A stretch of DNA of 63,707 nucleotides, the filler included, from Octopus bimaculoides (lineage: Eukaryota): assembly GCF_001194135.2 (NCBI RefSeq). It is 5 parts of 5 records of this genome, joined end to end, with 100 filler letters (N's around TTAATTAATTAA, not from the genome) between each part and the next. Parts side by side here need not be neighbours in the genome. Positions count along the whole stretch, not along the records: positions 1 to 13,893 come from NC_068987.1; 4 more parts are not named here. One strand, 5' to 3'. The notes beneath the pieces are model-generated. The model made no database searches, was not told the DNA's origin, and saw only the letters and a program-made list of their open reading frames with translations. This document shows positions 1 through 10,829 of the stretch, one piece after another (position 1 is the stretch's first letter; every line of letters begins with the position of its first letter). Both the position numbers and the translations under genes were made by a program.

Positions 1-149
1 ATATATATATATATATATATACACACATATGTATATAAAGAATATATGCATACATACGTTTATCCATAGACATGTATTTATCCCCACACACACACGCACA
101 TATATATATACACAGATATTGCATACCTTCGTGTGCTTCTGTTTGATAT

Positions 150-1330
150 ATATATATATGGTGATAATATATACGCTGCTTTTCTTCTGTTTATGACATC
201 ACTGTTTGTGTTGTGCGTGAGAGCATTTACAGTCAGAGCAAGGTAAGTGAATTTATCAACCCTGGGTAGCTGCTTTCCATTTGCCAGGATGCCTGTTGTT
301 TCGGCTGTATTCATATTAATGGTGATGTGCTGTGTCTTTGATTCGTTTGTTTCTAGACCCACAATATTTGCTTCTCGCATGAGACGATCCAAGTAGTCCT
401 GTGCTTCTCTTTGGCTAGAAGCAAGAGAACAATACCAGCTGCAAAGCGAGATAGACCAACGTATGTGATTCTGATATGCTTCGTAGCTTTCATCACATGA
501 TCTATGACCACCAAAATACATAAGGTGCTAAGGTATCCGCTTGCAAAATTCCACTTTGAGGTGTGAAACCAGAGGATGTTTGATGTTCATAAAGACATCT
601 ATGTGCTGATGCTATTTTTGATGGTATCCCTATCCGTTAAAGAATCGTAAACATGGCAGTTCTGTTGACGCTCTCGAATGCTTTTCGTAATTCTACGAAC
701 AGCGCAACTATTGAGAGACAACACTCAAAGCAGGTTCTCAATATCCTCTTCAGCATGTGAATTTGTTCAATGCAATTACGATTCTTTTTAGAGCCATTCT
801 GGTAGACACATATCTTTATCTATTTTTGCACGTATGGGATTTAACAGAAGCCTATTAATGCGGCATGTGGAGTAATGTTGCAGCTTCAGCACCTCGAAGA
901 TAAATCCAACAACGAAGATAAAGCTGCACACAGCTCTATGTCTTCCGAATTATTCATATGAATGCGAGATATGGGTAACAAATATGAATCGGCAAAGGGC
1001 CGTGGTGAACAATTTTCACAGAAGAAACCGAAAGAAAATATATAAGATATCCTATAAAGACGACGTTTCCAGTGAGACATTGTATCAAATGGCTGACGAA
1101 AAACAAGTGGGCTCAAGGATAAAGGAACGCTGACTGAGATGGGTTGGTCACTAACTGCGACACGCTCCCAAAGACTGTTATCAACAGTGGCCTGCTGCTT
1201 AACACCCTGAAAGGTGGAAAACGCATGAGGAAACGATCCAGGACGACTTTTCATGGTATGATATGTACAGACTGCAGGTTGTCGCTCAATGAAATACTTT
1301 TAGCGGCTGAAGATCGGAATCGGGAGAAAG
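150..1330 (-). mobile_element. Degenerate non-LTR retrotransposon (RTE-like LINE): end of the endonuclease region plus reverse transcriptase
   Basis: Minus-strand translation across frameshifts gives RT motifs in the expected order: GSKKNRNCIEQIHMLKRIL, VALFVELRKAFESVNR (FxDxxKAFDSVxR), a decayed YLAFAAGIVLL at the FADD position, then AQDYLDRLMREANIVGLETNESKTQ and QLPRVDKFTYL (ORF 78-521). Many stops and frameshifts. The endonuclease-side boundary is approximate. Confidence 0.85.
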
Positions 1331-1449
1331 CCTTAATAAAGTGCCTGCCAATGACTCGCTATACACTTTGTATTTTCCTTATTTATTTCTCTTTGTTGAA
1401 TTTTGAATATACATATCTATATATATATATCACGCAACCTTATTAAATC

Positions 1450-2110
1450 CCAATTCCAGGCCTTGCAAAACTTAAGAAACAAAAACCTCATCTACCTACC
1501 TTCAGACAAATGGAAATAATTTTGCATTATAGACAAACCCACCTACAACAAATTAGCTATCGAACACCTCAGTGACACCACACTATACGAAAAGGTTTAC
1601 AACATCACACCTCACCACCTGGAGTCCAGCATCAACACCAGCTGGACCAACATCTGTCACCAAAGGAATCTCTCTAAGAAGACTAGACTGAACTTCACGT
1701 CTAAAAACACCACCCTTCCATCCTTCTACCATTTAATAAAAACCCACAAAGCCGAATGCTTAAAATCAGACTCATAGTATCAGGAAATAGCGGTCCTTTC
1801 TATAAGAAATCTTGGCTCCTCTCTAAACTCCTCAAGCCCTTAATACATACATTCCCCAGACACGTCAGCAGCTCCCACGAAATCTTCACAAGACACAAAG
1901 ATATCGACCCCTTCATACTTAGAACTAACAAATACCCTTTTAGTTTGTATTTAATATCGTTATATCCCACAATGCATTCGCAATTCTACTTGTCGTACCA
2001 AGATCTAGGATACTAGAATATACACTTGCAAGAAGCGCCTTTTGGACAATAGTACTTGGAAGATATTAACAAAGAGGGGTAAGTTCTACATCAACGGTGA
2101 AATTGGCAAC
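1450..2110 (+). mobile_element. Penelope-like element (PLE) reverse transcriptase remnant
   Basis: Plus-strand peptides LIYLPSDKW*FCIIDKPTYNKLAIEHLSDTTLYEK, PSFYHLIKTHK, LKIRLIVSGNSGPFYKKSWLLSKLLKPL and FSLYLISLYP match the PLE RT motif series (paDKG...Y...L.D...Y; P.fY...KtHK; RPIVS...P; SLDV.SLY). Broken by stops and frameshifts. Confidence 0.8.
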
Positions 2111-2115
2111 TTTGG

Positions 2116-2220
2116 CAATGTGTTGATTACAATGCGTTGCTTACAATGCGTTGCTTACAATGCGTTGCTTACAATGCGTTGCTTACAATGGGTTACTTAA
2201 AATGCATTGCTTACCCATGC
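2116..2220 (+). repeat. 14-bp tandem repeat (CAATGCGTTGCTTA)n, about 7 units, degenerate at both ends
   Basis: Read directly from the sequence, immediately after the PLE fragment ends. Confidence 0.9.
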
Positions 2221-2354
2221 GTAGGTACAGTTCTTGGTAAAAGGTATACGGTGGCAGGTAATTCAGCGGGTAAACTGTAGTTTAAACTAAATTAATGGCT
2301 TACTAGCGCAAACGACCAACCACTTCCTGTTATTTTTCCTCCATTTTCTTCTTG

Positions 2355-2396
<42 letters not shown>

Positions 2397-4750
2397 TATA
2401 TATATAAAGATATGAGCTGCTAATAGTTTCTTGCTGCGAAAACATGTGTCTAGGCAGATTTTTATAACACGCCTTGTGTCTACAACCAACCAATTTCTGG
2501 CTTTGAGCATCTGCCTAAACACGTGTTAAAGTACGAAGCCATTCGTTGGTCGTATCTTTATACTGTGGACAGTCACTGATATCATCCTCTCACTGGGTTG
2601 AGTAGTCTCTCTTTTTGTTGATCTTGCTTTAACGGAGCAGCAGACAATATATATATATATATATATATATATACACGCACACACTCACACACATGTATAT
2701 ATATTCATTGTATGAAACAGACGCAGTATTAGATTAGCCATTTTTATATCCTACGTAATGTAGATACATCATGAAAGGCAAATTTACTGCGGTTTTCGAC
2801 CGTACCTAATATCTGTCATGGACCTGCAGTGTATAAAAACTCAAATATATACTTGAGAGAGCAAGTCTATGAGAGAGATTATCTCTATATATGGTGGAAT
2901 ACACCGTGAGGCGGAAACTGAACATCAGTCAATATTCATTTTCTGTTTAATCTTTATTCTAATACTTATATTCAGGGTCCTCACCCATTCTTACTCGTCC
3001 TTTAAAATGACATTTCTACATAAAAGCATGCGTACAGATATATGTGCATGTATGTGTTTGTGCGTGTGTTTTGGAGGCGCATGTGTGTTTTTGTGTGTAG
3101 GTGTCTGTGAGTTCCCTGTATATGTAAATATCACTGTCCATTTAATCATGTTCGTAAAATTGAATTGAAGAAGAGAAGATATATATATATATATATATAT
3201 GTATATACGTAGATATATATATTTATATGCAGATATATTTATATTGTATATGTATATATACAATATAAATATATATATATNNNNNNNNNNNNNNNNNNNN
3301 NNNNNNNNNNNNNNNNNNNNNNNNNNNNNNNNNNNNNNNNNNNNNNNNNNNNTATGTGTGAAAGATTTGGAGACTGAAAAAGATTTTTAATGGAGAAATA
3401 GAAAGTGATATTTAATGAGAACAGGCTTAGAGATATGTATATTGGATATCTGAAATGAAAAACCTGACATTCTTTAAATATTTCTTAATGCAGAATTTTA
3501 TGCACATTGCTCAAATACAGATAGTAAATTTTCTCCCAAAAAATAATCTCCTGTAAAAATGTAAAAAAACACACGAGAACTTGGTATTGTTCTCAAATTC
3601 TCGTCCACCATTTTTAGTTAAATATGAGTGAAAAAACAAAACTGTGAGATAAAATACCTGAAACAAATAGAATAATATAACCCATCGCGCCCCCACCCAT
3701 ACCCCAAAATGGCTGTTTTCGGCTTGTTTGGTTGTTTTTTGTTTTTATTTTGTATATTTTATACCACATGTATTAACCTTATTTAAATATCTTTTAAATT
3801 TTATTTTGTTGTTTTGAGTCACTTGTAAAAATTATGTTAGAATGATGATTTGAAATAGATTACTGACTCACCTAACACCGCTACTCTTTCCAATCTGCCT
3901 TCCTCCATGTTGCTATGGGATTCATATTAGATCCACAATTTTCGCCATCGGCATACAAAACAAAGCAAGCAAGAGCATTCGCTAAAACTGCTGTAAGATA
4001 TATGAAGCTAAAAATTTTAGCTGCAAGCTCTTAATGTGACGTAAATTATTTTATTTTTCCGAGTGAGGGTCTGTTCTGGATGATTATGGGCGTTCGGTGT
4101 CTAATTTTTTAGCAACTTCTATTTTATTATGATATATTTATGTATTTTTTCCTGTTATTTTGTTTTGTGGATTTGTTTTTTTAGTTATGATTATTCTTTT
4201 TTATATTCGTATTTTTTTTCTATTTCCGTATGTTTTTTTTCCAAGGTGAAGAAAGAAAATTGGTTGTAAATTCTATGTGAAATCAATTGTAAACCATTAG
4301 TGCGTTAGAAAACAGGAATTGTGCGATTCTGATTCGACTCCTACCGTATTAGGAATAATGATTGCTGCAACAAAACAATGAAAAAAAAATAAATAACACC
4401 GACAATAAATACAATAGAAAAAAATTTAAATGTTGACAACAGCAGAAAAAGCAGTAGCAGTAGCAGCAGTAGCAGAGCCCAAACTAGGAATAAAATATAA
4501 AGCAAAAAAACATGTCAATCAACATTGCTGAATCAATGAAGGAATATGTACGTGATAGAAATGCTAGAAATAATAACCAAATAGCTTTCAGATAACACGT
4601 TTCTTTATAGATTATGGTCTTCAGTGAACATATATACAGAAAAAGAATTTGTATTAACGTGATGGTCATGGTTGGAATGCTTTTGATCGCATATCTCTTT
4701 GGATAGGTTTGCAAAGAGCTCAGCAATGACGACCACAACAATAAATTTCT

Positions 4751-5199
4751 TATTTCTTTATTGCCCACAAGGGGATAAACATAGAGGGGACAAACAAGGA
4801 CAGACAAAAGGATTAAGTCGATTATATCAACCCCAGTGCGTAACTGGTACTTAATTTATCGACCCCGCAAGGGATGAAAGGCAAAGTCTATCTCGGCGGA
4901 ATTTGAACTCAGAACGTAACGCAGACGAAATACCGCAAAGCATTTCGCCTGGTGTGCTAACGTTTCTTATTTCTTTATTGCCCACAAAGGGCTAAACATA
5001 GAGGAGACAAACAAGGACAGACAAACGGATTAAGTCGATTACATCGACCCCAGTGCGTAACTGGTACTTAATTTATCGACCCCGAAAGGGATGCAAAGCA
5101 AAGTCGACCTCGGCGGAATTTGAACTCAGAACATAACGGCAGATGAAATACTGCTAAGCATTTCGCCCGGTGTGCTAACGTTTCTGCCAGCTCGCCGCC
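4751..5199 (-). mobile_element. tRNA-derived SINE family A, dimer (one full copy plus one 5'-truncated copy) with an 18-bp flanking direct repeat
   Basis: Reverse complement reads GGCGGCGAGCTGGCAGAAACGTTAGC...GAGTTCAAATTCCGCC (A box and B box) ...GCCTTTCATCC...GGGGTCGATAAATTAAGTACCAGT...GGGCAATAAAGAAATAAG. CCACAACAATAAATTTCT occurs at 4733-4750 and 5198-5215. Confidence 0.9.
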
Positions 5200-5472
5200 A
5201 CAACAATAAATTTCTATTAAGGTTTGGGTCCTCCAGCGCAACTCAGGGCGTTGGATGTCAAGCTTCCGCCACTGGATTTGGTCGGCTCCTANNNNNNNNN
5301 NAGCAGCAGCAGCAGCAGCAGCAACAATGACAGCAAAAACGAATCAAGAGTCTTAGTAGGAAAAATATATATTTGCCTTTCTAAAAAAATTTTCTAAAAT
5401 ATGTCCTCTGCGCCTGACGCAAAGCTGCGTTTAAGTGTGAGGAAGAGTCGCAATATTCTATAGGAAAATAAG

Positions 5473-5910
5473 GCGGTGAGCTGGCATAAACGTTAGCACG
5501 GCGGGCGAAATGCTTAGCGTTATTTCGTCCGCCATTACGTTCTGAGTTCAAATTTCGCCGAATTCGACTCTGCCTTTCATCCTTTCGGAGTCGATTAAAT
5601 AAGAACTAGTTACGCACTGGGATCAATGTAATCAATCCCTTTGTCTGTCCTTGTTTGTCCCCTCTATGTTTCAACCCTTGTGGGCAATAAAGGAACAAGA
5701 ATCGTTAAGCATGCCGAGCGAAATGCTTAGCGGTGTTTCAACTGCCGTTACGTTCTGAGTTCAAATTCCATCGACTTTGCCTTTCATCCTTTCGGGGTCG
5801 ATTAAATAAGTACCAGTTATGCACTGCGGTCGATGTAATCTATTCAATCTCTTTGTCAATCCCTTTGTTTGTCTCCTCTATGCTTAGCCCCTTGTGGGCA
5901 ATAAAGAAAT
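5473..5910 (+). mobile_element. SINE family A dimer
   Basis: GGCGGTGAGCTGGCATAAACGTTAGC head with B box GTTCAAATT and tail GGGCAATAAAGGAACAAGAA, followed directly by a second copy starting at GAATCGTTAAGC. Confidence 0.85.
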
Positions 5911-6184
5911 GAATATTCTATAGCAAAATAGTTGAATGCTAGATTAAAAAGTGCTCTTAAAGCAGATATTACATGTACTTGTGGTCGGAAATGCGAAGAC
6001 GTGTGACCTAGTGTTTGGAGTGCTACCAGTTTAAAACGATAAGCATGCACAGAAGTAGTTCGCTTGTGTAAAAAAGAACTTGAAATACCGATAATGTGAT
6101 ACGTGTAAAAGATAGCAATTGAGTCAAACTGGAGTTGCGAGTGAAAGATTTAATTTAAATAAACACTGCACCTAACACCTGTGA

Positions 6185-6400
6185 AGGGACGTCGCTTAGT
6201 GGTTAAGGTGTTGGACTCACGATCGCCAGATAGTGGTTTCGATTCTTGGACAGAGGGTTGCGTAGTGTTCTTGGCGAAAACATCACATTACTCCAGTTCA
6301 TACATTTGTAAATGAATAACCCTGCGATAGACTGGCGTTCCCTTCAGAGGAGATGTTCCTATTTCAGTCACTTATACCTATAGAAACCAGGTAACAGCCA
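6185..6400 (+). mobile_element. Degenerate tRNA-derived SINE with a V-SINE-like body
   Basis: CGCTTAGTGGTTAAGGTGTTGGACTCACGATC...GTTTCGATTC head, then CCCTGCGATAGACTGGCGTTCCC. A related minus-strand remnant is at about 62720-62860. Confidence 0.6.
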
Positions 6401-6714
6401 GCTGTATGAGTCCTCAGAAAAATGGTTAATTCTCAAGAAAACAACCACTGGGAATCACTTCAATTCATACTAGCCTTGAGAACATAATCACAATGTTTAT
6501 TTAATGGAACGTGTATAGGTTTTTGGGGAACTTAAACAAAGCAGTCAACATGAGTTTTGAAGAAATGGTGAGCTTACGTCCTTGTGGTGTAACGGTTCGG
6601 GCTTAGCGGCCAATAGAATCAGACATTTAAATCTTAAGTACTGGGGTTGCTTTGTTCCACTACGGTGCCCCAACATAACTGCAGTCGACTGAATGTAACA
6701 AGTAAAAAAAAATA

Positions 6715-6895
6715 CAGTTCTATTTTTAAGAGATGAGGAATTATGTGCATTATTTGCATTATTTACATTTGACGGATATTTGTCCTCATCTTGTTTGTTG
6801 TTAACACAACGTTTCGGCTGATATACCCTCCAGCCTTCATTAGGTGTCTTGGGGAAATTTCGAACTTTGGTTCTCATTCTTAAGGTATTTTTCGA

Positions 6896-6974
<79 letters not shown>

Positions 6975-6996
6975 GTTCAGGTCACTGCCTGGAATC
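6715..6996 (-). mobile_element. 5'-truncated copy of hammerhead-bearing SINE family D
   Basis: Reverse complement of the 6997-7245 element from within the B box onward, with an expanded (TAA)n tract and a longer 3' end. Confidence 0.9.
6803..6848 (-). ncRNA. Minimal type-I hammerhead ribozyme fold with a G5A core lesion
   Basis: RNA: GACAC-CUAAUGA-A-GGCUG(GAGGGUAUAU)CAGCC-GAAA-CG-UU-GUGUU. Stem I is GACAC/GUGUU, stem II is a perfect 5 bp, and stem III is the palindrome AACGUU. The core reads CUAAUGA rather than CUGAUGA. Confidence 0.75.
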
Positions 6997-7245
6997 ACGG
7001 GCATATGGCGTAGTGGTTAAGATCGCGGGCTACTAAACCCAAGATTCCGAGTTCGATTCCAGGCAGTGACCTGAATAATAATAATAACATCGAAAACAAT
7101 ACCTTAGGAATGAGAACCCACGTTCGAAATTTCCCAAAGACACCTACCTGATGAAGGCTAGAGGGTATATCAGCCGAAACCTCGTGTTAACATCGAACAA
7201 GATGAAAACAATTATCCGTCAATTGTAAATAATGTAAATAATGTA
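6997..7245 (+). mobile_element. SINE family D: tRNA head, (TAA)n spacer and PLE-type hammerhead tail
   Basis: A box TGGCGTAGTGG at 7006-7016, B box GTTCGATTCC at 7051-7060, anticodon-like hairpin GGG-CTACTAAA-CCC, then (TAA)n, CATCGAAAACAATACCTTAGGAATGAGAACCC and the hammerhead at 7139-7188. Confidence 0.9.
7139..7188 (+). ncRNA. Minimal type-I hammerhead ribozyme fold (intact core, altered stems I and III)
   Basis: GACAC-cuac-CUGAUGA-A-GGCUA(GAGGGUAUAU)CAGCC-GAAA-CC-UC-GUGUU. CUGAUGA and GAAA are intact; there is a 4-nt insertion in stem I and the stem III palindrome is lost. Confidence 0.75.
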
Positions 7246-8314
7246 GATAAAAAATAATTAGAATAATAAAATCAATAAAAGTAATGCGGTATAGAAAAAG
7301 TAGAAAAAGAAAAATTGACAATTTTGTTGACAATGATATGAATTGGAGACGACATATTGAAAAGAACAGCAAAAACAATGTTAAATGTGAGATTGAAACC
7401 TGACATGAACAATTGTTATGAGATATTGATAGAATCTTTAAATATAGAAGTAAATATGAAGCTTATTAGACAGCAATAAACTACAATGACTGCGAAGATT
7501 GGTAAACAAGGATTCAATCTGTCTTTTAATAGGCATCATTTATCTGTTCAAATAAACAACAAATTTAATGTATTTTATAGTGAATTCATTTCTATGTTGA
7601 TAAGATGAAACTATTGGTTTATAGTAATTAGAGAGAAAAAGCATTGAGAATAACTTTTTTCAAATAAGTCGGAGCGACAAAGCTGTTTTCTCATTTTTTG
7701 TTAGAAATTTTCGAATTTTCCACTCTATCATTCATCTCTGAAATATTCATTACCTTATTTTAATTAATATCATCTCTATCCTGTAAATTTTATTCAGTAC
7801 TATATTATTATATAAACTTTTTGTTTCTATTGACTTTTTTAGTGGACTAACACCCGCCCATTCTATTTTGATACGACTCCATCTCTCTCTTTCTTTCTTC
7901 CTAGTTTCTTCCGTTTTTCATTTTTGTTTTCCACCTTCTTTCTCTTCCCTGTGCCAAACACTTTCTCTTCCTCCGCCCTCTTTATATATATATATATATA
8001 TNNNNNNNNNNNNNNNNNNNNNNNNNNNNNNNNNNNNNNNNNNNNNNNNNNNNNNNNNNNNNNNNNNNNNNNNNNNNNNNNNNNNNNNNNNNNNNNNNNN
8101 NNNNNNNNNNNNNNNNNNNNNNNNNNNNNNNNNNNNNNNNNNNNNNNNNNNNNNNNNNNNNNNNNNNNNNNNNNNNNNNNNNNNNNNNNNNNNNNNNNNN
8201 NNNNNNNNNNNNNNNNNNNNNNNNNNNNNNNNNNNNNNNNNNNNNNNNNNNNNNTGTATGAATATATACATATCTATCTATCTATCAATCTATCTATCTA
8301 TCTATCTATCTATC

Positions 8315-8353
<39 letters not shown>

Positions 8354-8368
8354 GTATATATATATATA

Positions 8369-8530
8369 GGGAGAATTCACAAAAAAACAACAGACGAAGA
8401 TAGGTGGTGTAGACAACAAATGGATGTATTAGTATAACGCTTGGGAATAGAAAAAATGTTTAACGTTTCGAGCCTACGCTCTTCAGCAGAAAGGAACACA
8501 GAAAGAAACAAGGAGAGAAACAAGAAGAGA
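8369..8530 (-). mobile_element. Short PLE-terminus-like element (family E) next to a (TA)n tract, with a hammerhead fold at 8457-8494
   Basis: Minus-strand RNA CCUUU-CUGCUGA-A-GAGC(GUAG)GCUC-GAAA-CG-UU-AAACA. Homologous to 16917-17075; both begin GGGAGAAT on the + strand right after (TA)n. Confidence 0.7.
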
Positions 8531-8904
8531 AAAAAGAAGGAGAGAAAAAAGAGAGAGAGAAAAATGAGAAAAAATATGTGTGTATGTGTAAGAACATGAA
8601 TATATATATATACACATAATACATACATACATACATACATACATACATACATACATGCATACATAACAGGAGCATTCAAAACGAAGCCGACCTTTGGTCA
8701 CAAGAAAAGATTTTATTTAATCTCATTTAAAATACTCCTCTTGGGAGTTCACTGCTCTCAGCTGTTATGTGAACCGCATTACTGTACCGGGGAAATCTAG
8801 GGGTTAATTTTCTGTCGTAGGCTAACTTGGTTGGAGGGACTACGTATTATGACTTTTTTATTAGTTTGTTCATTCTATGTAGGGGCAGACTTGACTGTTG
8901 TAAG

Positions 8905-9040
8905 TTCGTTTCCCAACCATTTGCTTCTGGGTTCAGGGTCATTGCGTTGCACATTGGGCACGTGTCCTCTACTATAGCCGCGAGCTAACAAAGCCGTGTC
9001 AGTGGATTTGGTAGAGAGAAACTGAAAGAAGCCCGTCTAC
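8905..9040 (+). mobile_element. SINE family B fragment
   Basis: CATTGGGCACGTGTCCTCTACTATAGCC...GTGGATTTGGTAGAGAGAAACTGAAAGAAGCCCGTC matches the full copy at 63518. Confidence 0.7.
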
Positions 9041-9184
9041 ATTTTGGATAAAAATATAGTCACATGAATTTGCAGAAATTCTCGTAAAGTAAAAAATAAA
9101 TCAAGGGGTGCTACTTTTGGACGACATCTTGTGAGTGGTTATCTCCTTTGGATTTGACTTTTTGGGGGATACATACATATACTG

Positions 9185-9482
9185 GCACTCAAGGGTCCCA
9201 TTTCATCCAATCACGGAATTGGCTGCTCGTGTAGTTAGCGTGCAAGTGGTTGAGTACTCCACAAACACGCATACCCTTAACGTAGTTCTGAGGGAGATCA
9301 ACGTGATACAGAATGTGACAAGGCTGTCCCTTTGAATTACTGGTACAACCTATTTTTGGCAGCTGAATGTACTGGTGCCACGGGAAGTAAAATGTCTTTC
9401 TCAAGGACACAACGCGTCGCCGGGGATCGAACACACAATCTTACGATCGTGAACCATTTACCCTAGCCATAGGTCATGCCTC

Positions 9483-9519
<37 letters not shown>

Positions 9520-9900
9520 TTAAATCGTGGCACTCCGTCGGTTACGACGACGAGGGTTCCAGTTGATCCGATCAACGGAACTTCCTCCTTGTGATATTGA
9601 CGTGTAAGTGGCTGAGCACTCCACAGACATGTGGACCTTTAACATAGTTCTTGAGGAGATTCAGTGTGACACAAAATGTGACAAGGCTGGCCTATTGAAA
9701 TACAGGTACAACAGAAACAGAAAGAAATAGTGAGAGAAAGTTGTGGTGAAAGAGTACAGCAGGGTTCGCCACCACCCCGTTGCCGAAGCCTCGAAGAGTT
9801 TTAGGTGTTTTTGCTCAATAAACACTCACAGCGCCCCGCTTCGGAATCGAAACTGCTACCCTATAACCGTGAGTCCGCTGTACTAACCACTGGGATATTG
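9185..9900 (-). mobile_element. Cluster of tRNA-derived SINEs (family C and relatives)
   Basis: Minus-strand heads GTGTTCGATCCCCGG...GTTGTGTCCTTGAGAAAGACA (about 9400-9480) and CCCAGTGGTTAGTACAGCGGACTCACGG...GTTTCGATTCC (about 9830-9900). Body sequence is shared between 9200-9350 and 9540-9710. Confidence 0.65.
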
Positions 9901-10599
9901 CGACTACACACACACACACACACACATACACACACACACTCACTCACACACACAGATATACATGCATTTATTTCTCTCTCTCTCTCTCTTTCTATATATA
10001 TATNNNNNNNNNNNNNNNNNNNNNNNNNNNNNNNNNNNNNNNNNNNNNNNNNNNNNNNNNNNNNNNNNNNNNNNNNNNNNNNNNNNNNNNNNNNNNNNNN
10101 NNNNNNNNNNNNNNNNNNNNNNNNNNNNNNNNNNNNNNNNNNNNNNNNNNNNNNNNNNNNNNNNNNNNNNNNNNNNNNNNNNNNNNNNNNNNNNNNNNNN
10201 NNNNNNNNNNNNNNNNNNNNNNNNNNNNNNNNNNACACAACGCGGTATGCATGAGCGTAGGTTAGAAAATGTTGTTTGCTAGACTACAGAGATTTTGAGG
10301 TTTGTTGACACTGGCATCTTTGTTGTTGCTTTTGTGTTGTTGACCCCCTCCTCCTCCTCCTCTTCTTCGTCTTCTTTTTATTTTCTTATTGTTGTTTGTG
10401 GTGGTGGTGGTGGTGGTGGTGGCGGTCTTGTTCTTGCTGTAGTTTTCTGTTGATTTTGTTACATTAATATACGTTGCGTGTAATTACAAGACAACAGATG
10501 CCCATCAGACATTTACCACGGCAACCTTTATAAAGATTACTTGGCTAATGATGATGATGGTTGGAGAAGAAAGAACTGTTCTCTGTATGTATTTATGCA

Positions 10600-10633
<34 letters not shown>

Positions 10634-10829
10634 TGCATATATGTAGGCGTATGTGTATAGTTCTCTACTATTATGTGACCAGCCTATACTAAACTGGGCA
10701 CATGCACACACATACACATGTGAATGCACACACACTCACACATACACACACGCACATAAACAAAGGGACATAACACTCACAGGCACACATACACACGCAT
10801 ATATACATATACAACGAGCTTCAACATAG

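Noticed and set aside
3880-3960. CCAAT, an X-box-like GTTGCTATGGG and CGCCAT close together, suggesting a promoter
   Set aside because: Short motifs with no identifiable downstream exon; expected by chance.
7001-7072. Possible genuine tRNA gene (perfect A and B boxes)
   Set aside because: No proper acceptor stem, an irregular anticodon loop, and it continues into a shared repeat body also seen at 13547; treated as a SINE head.
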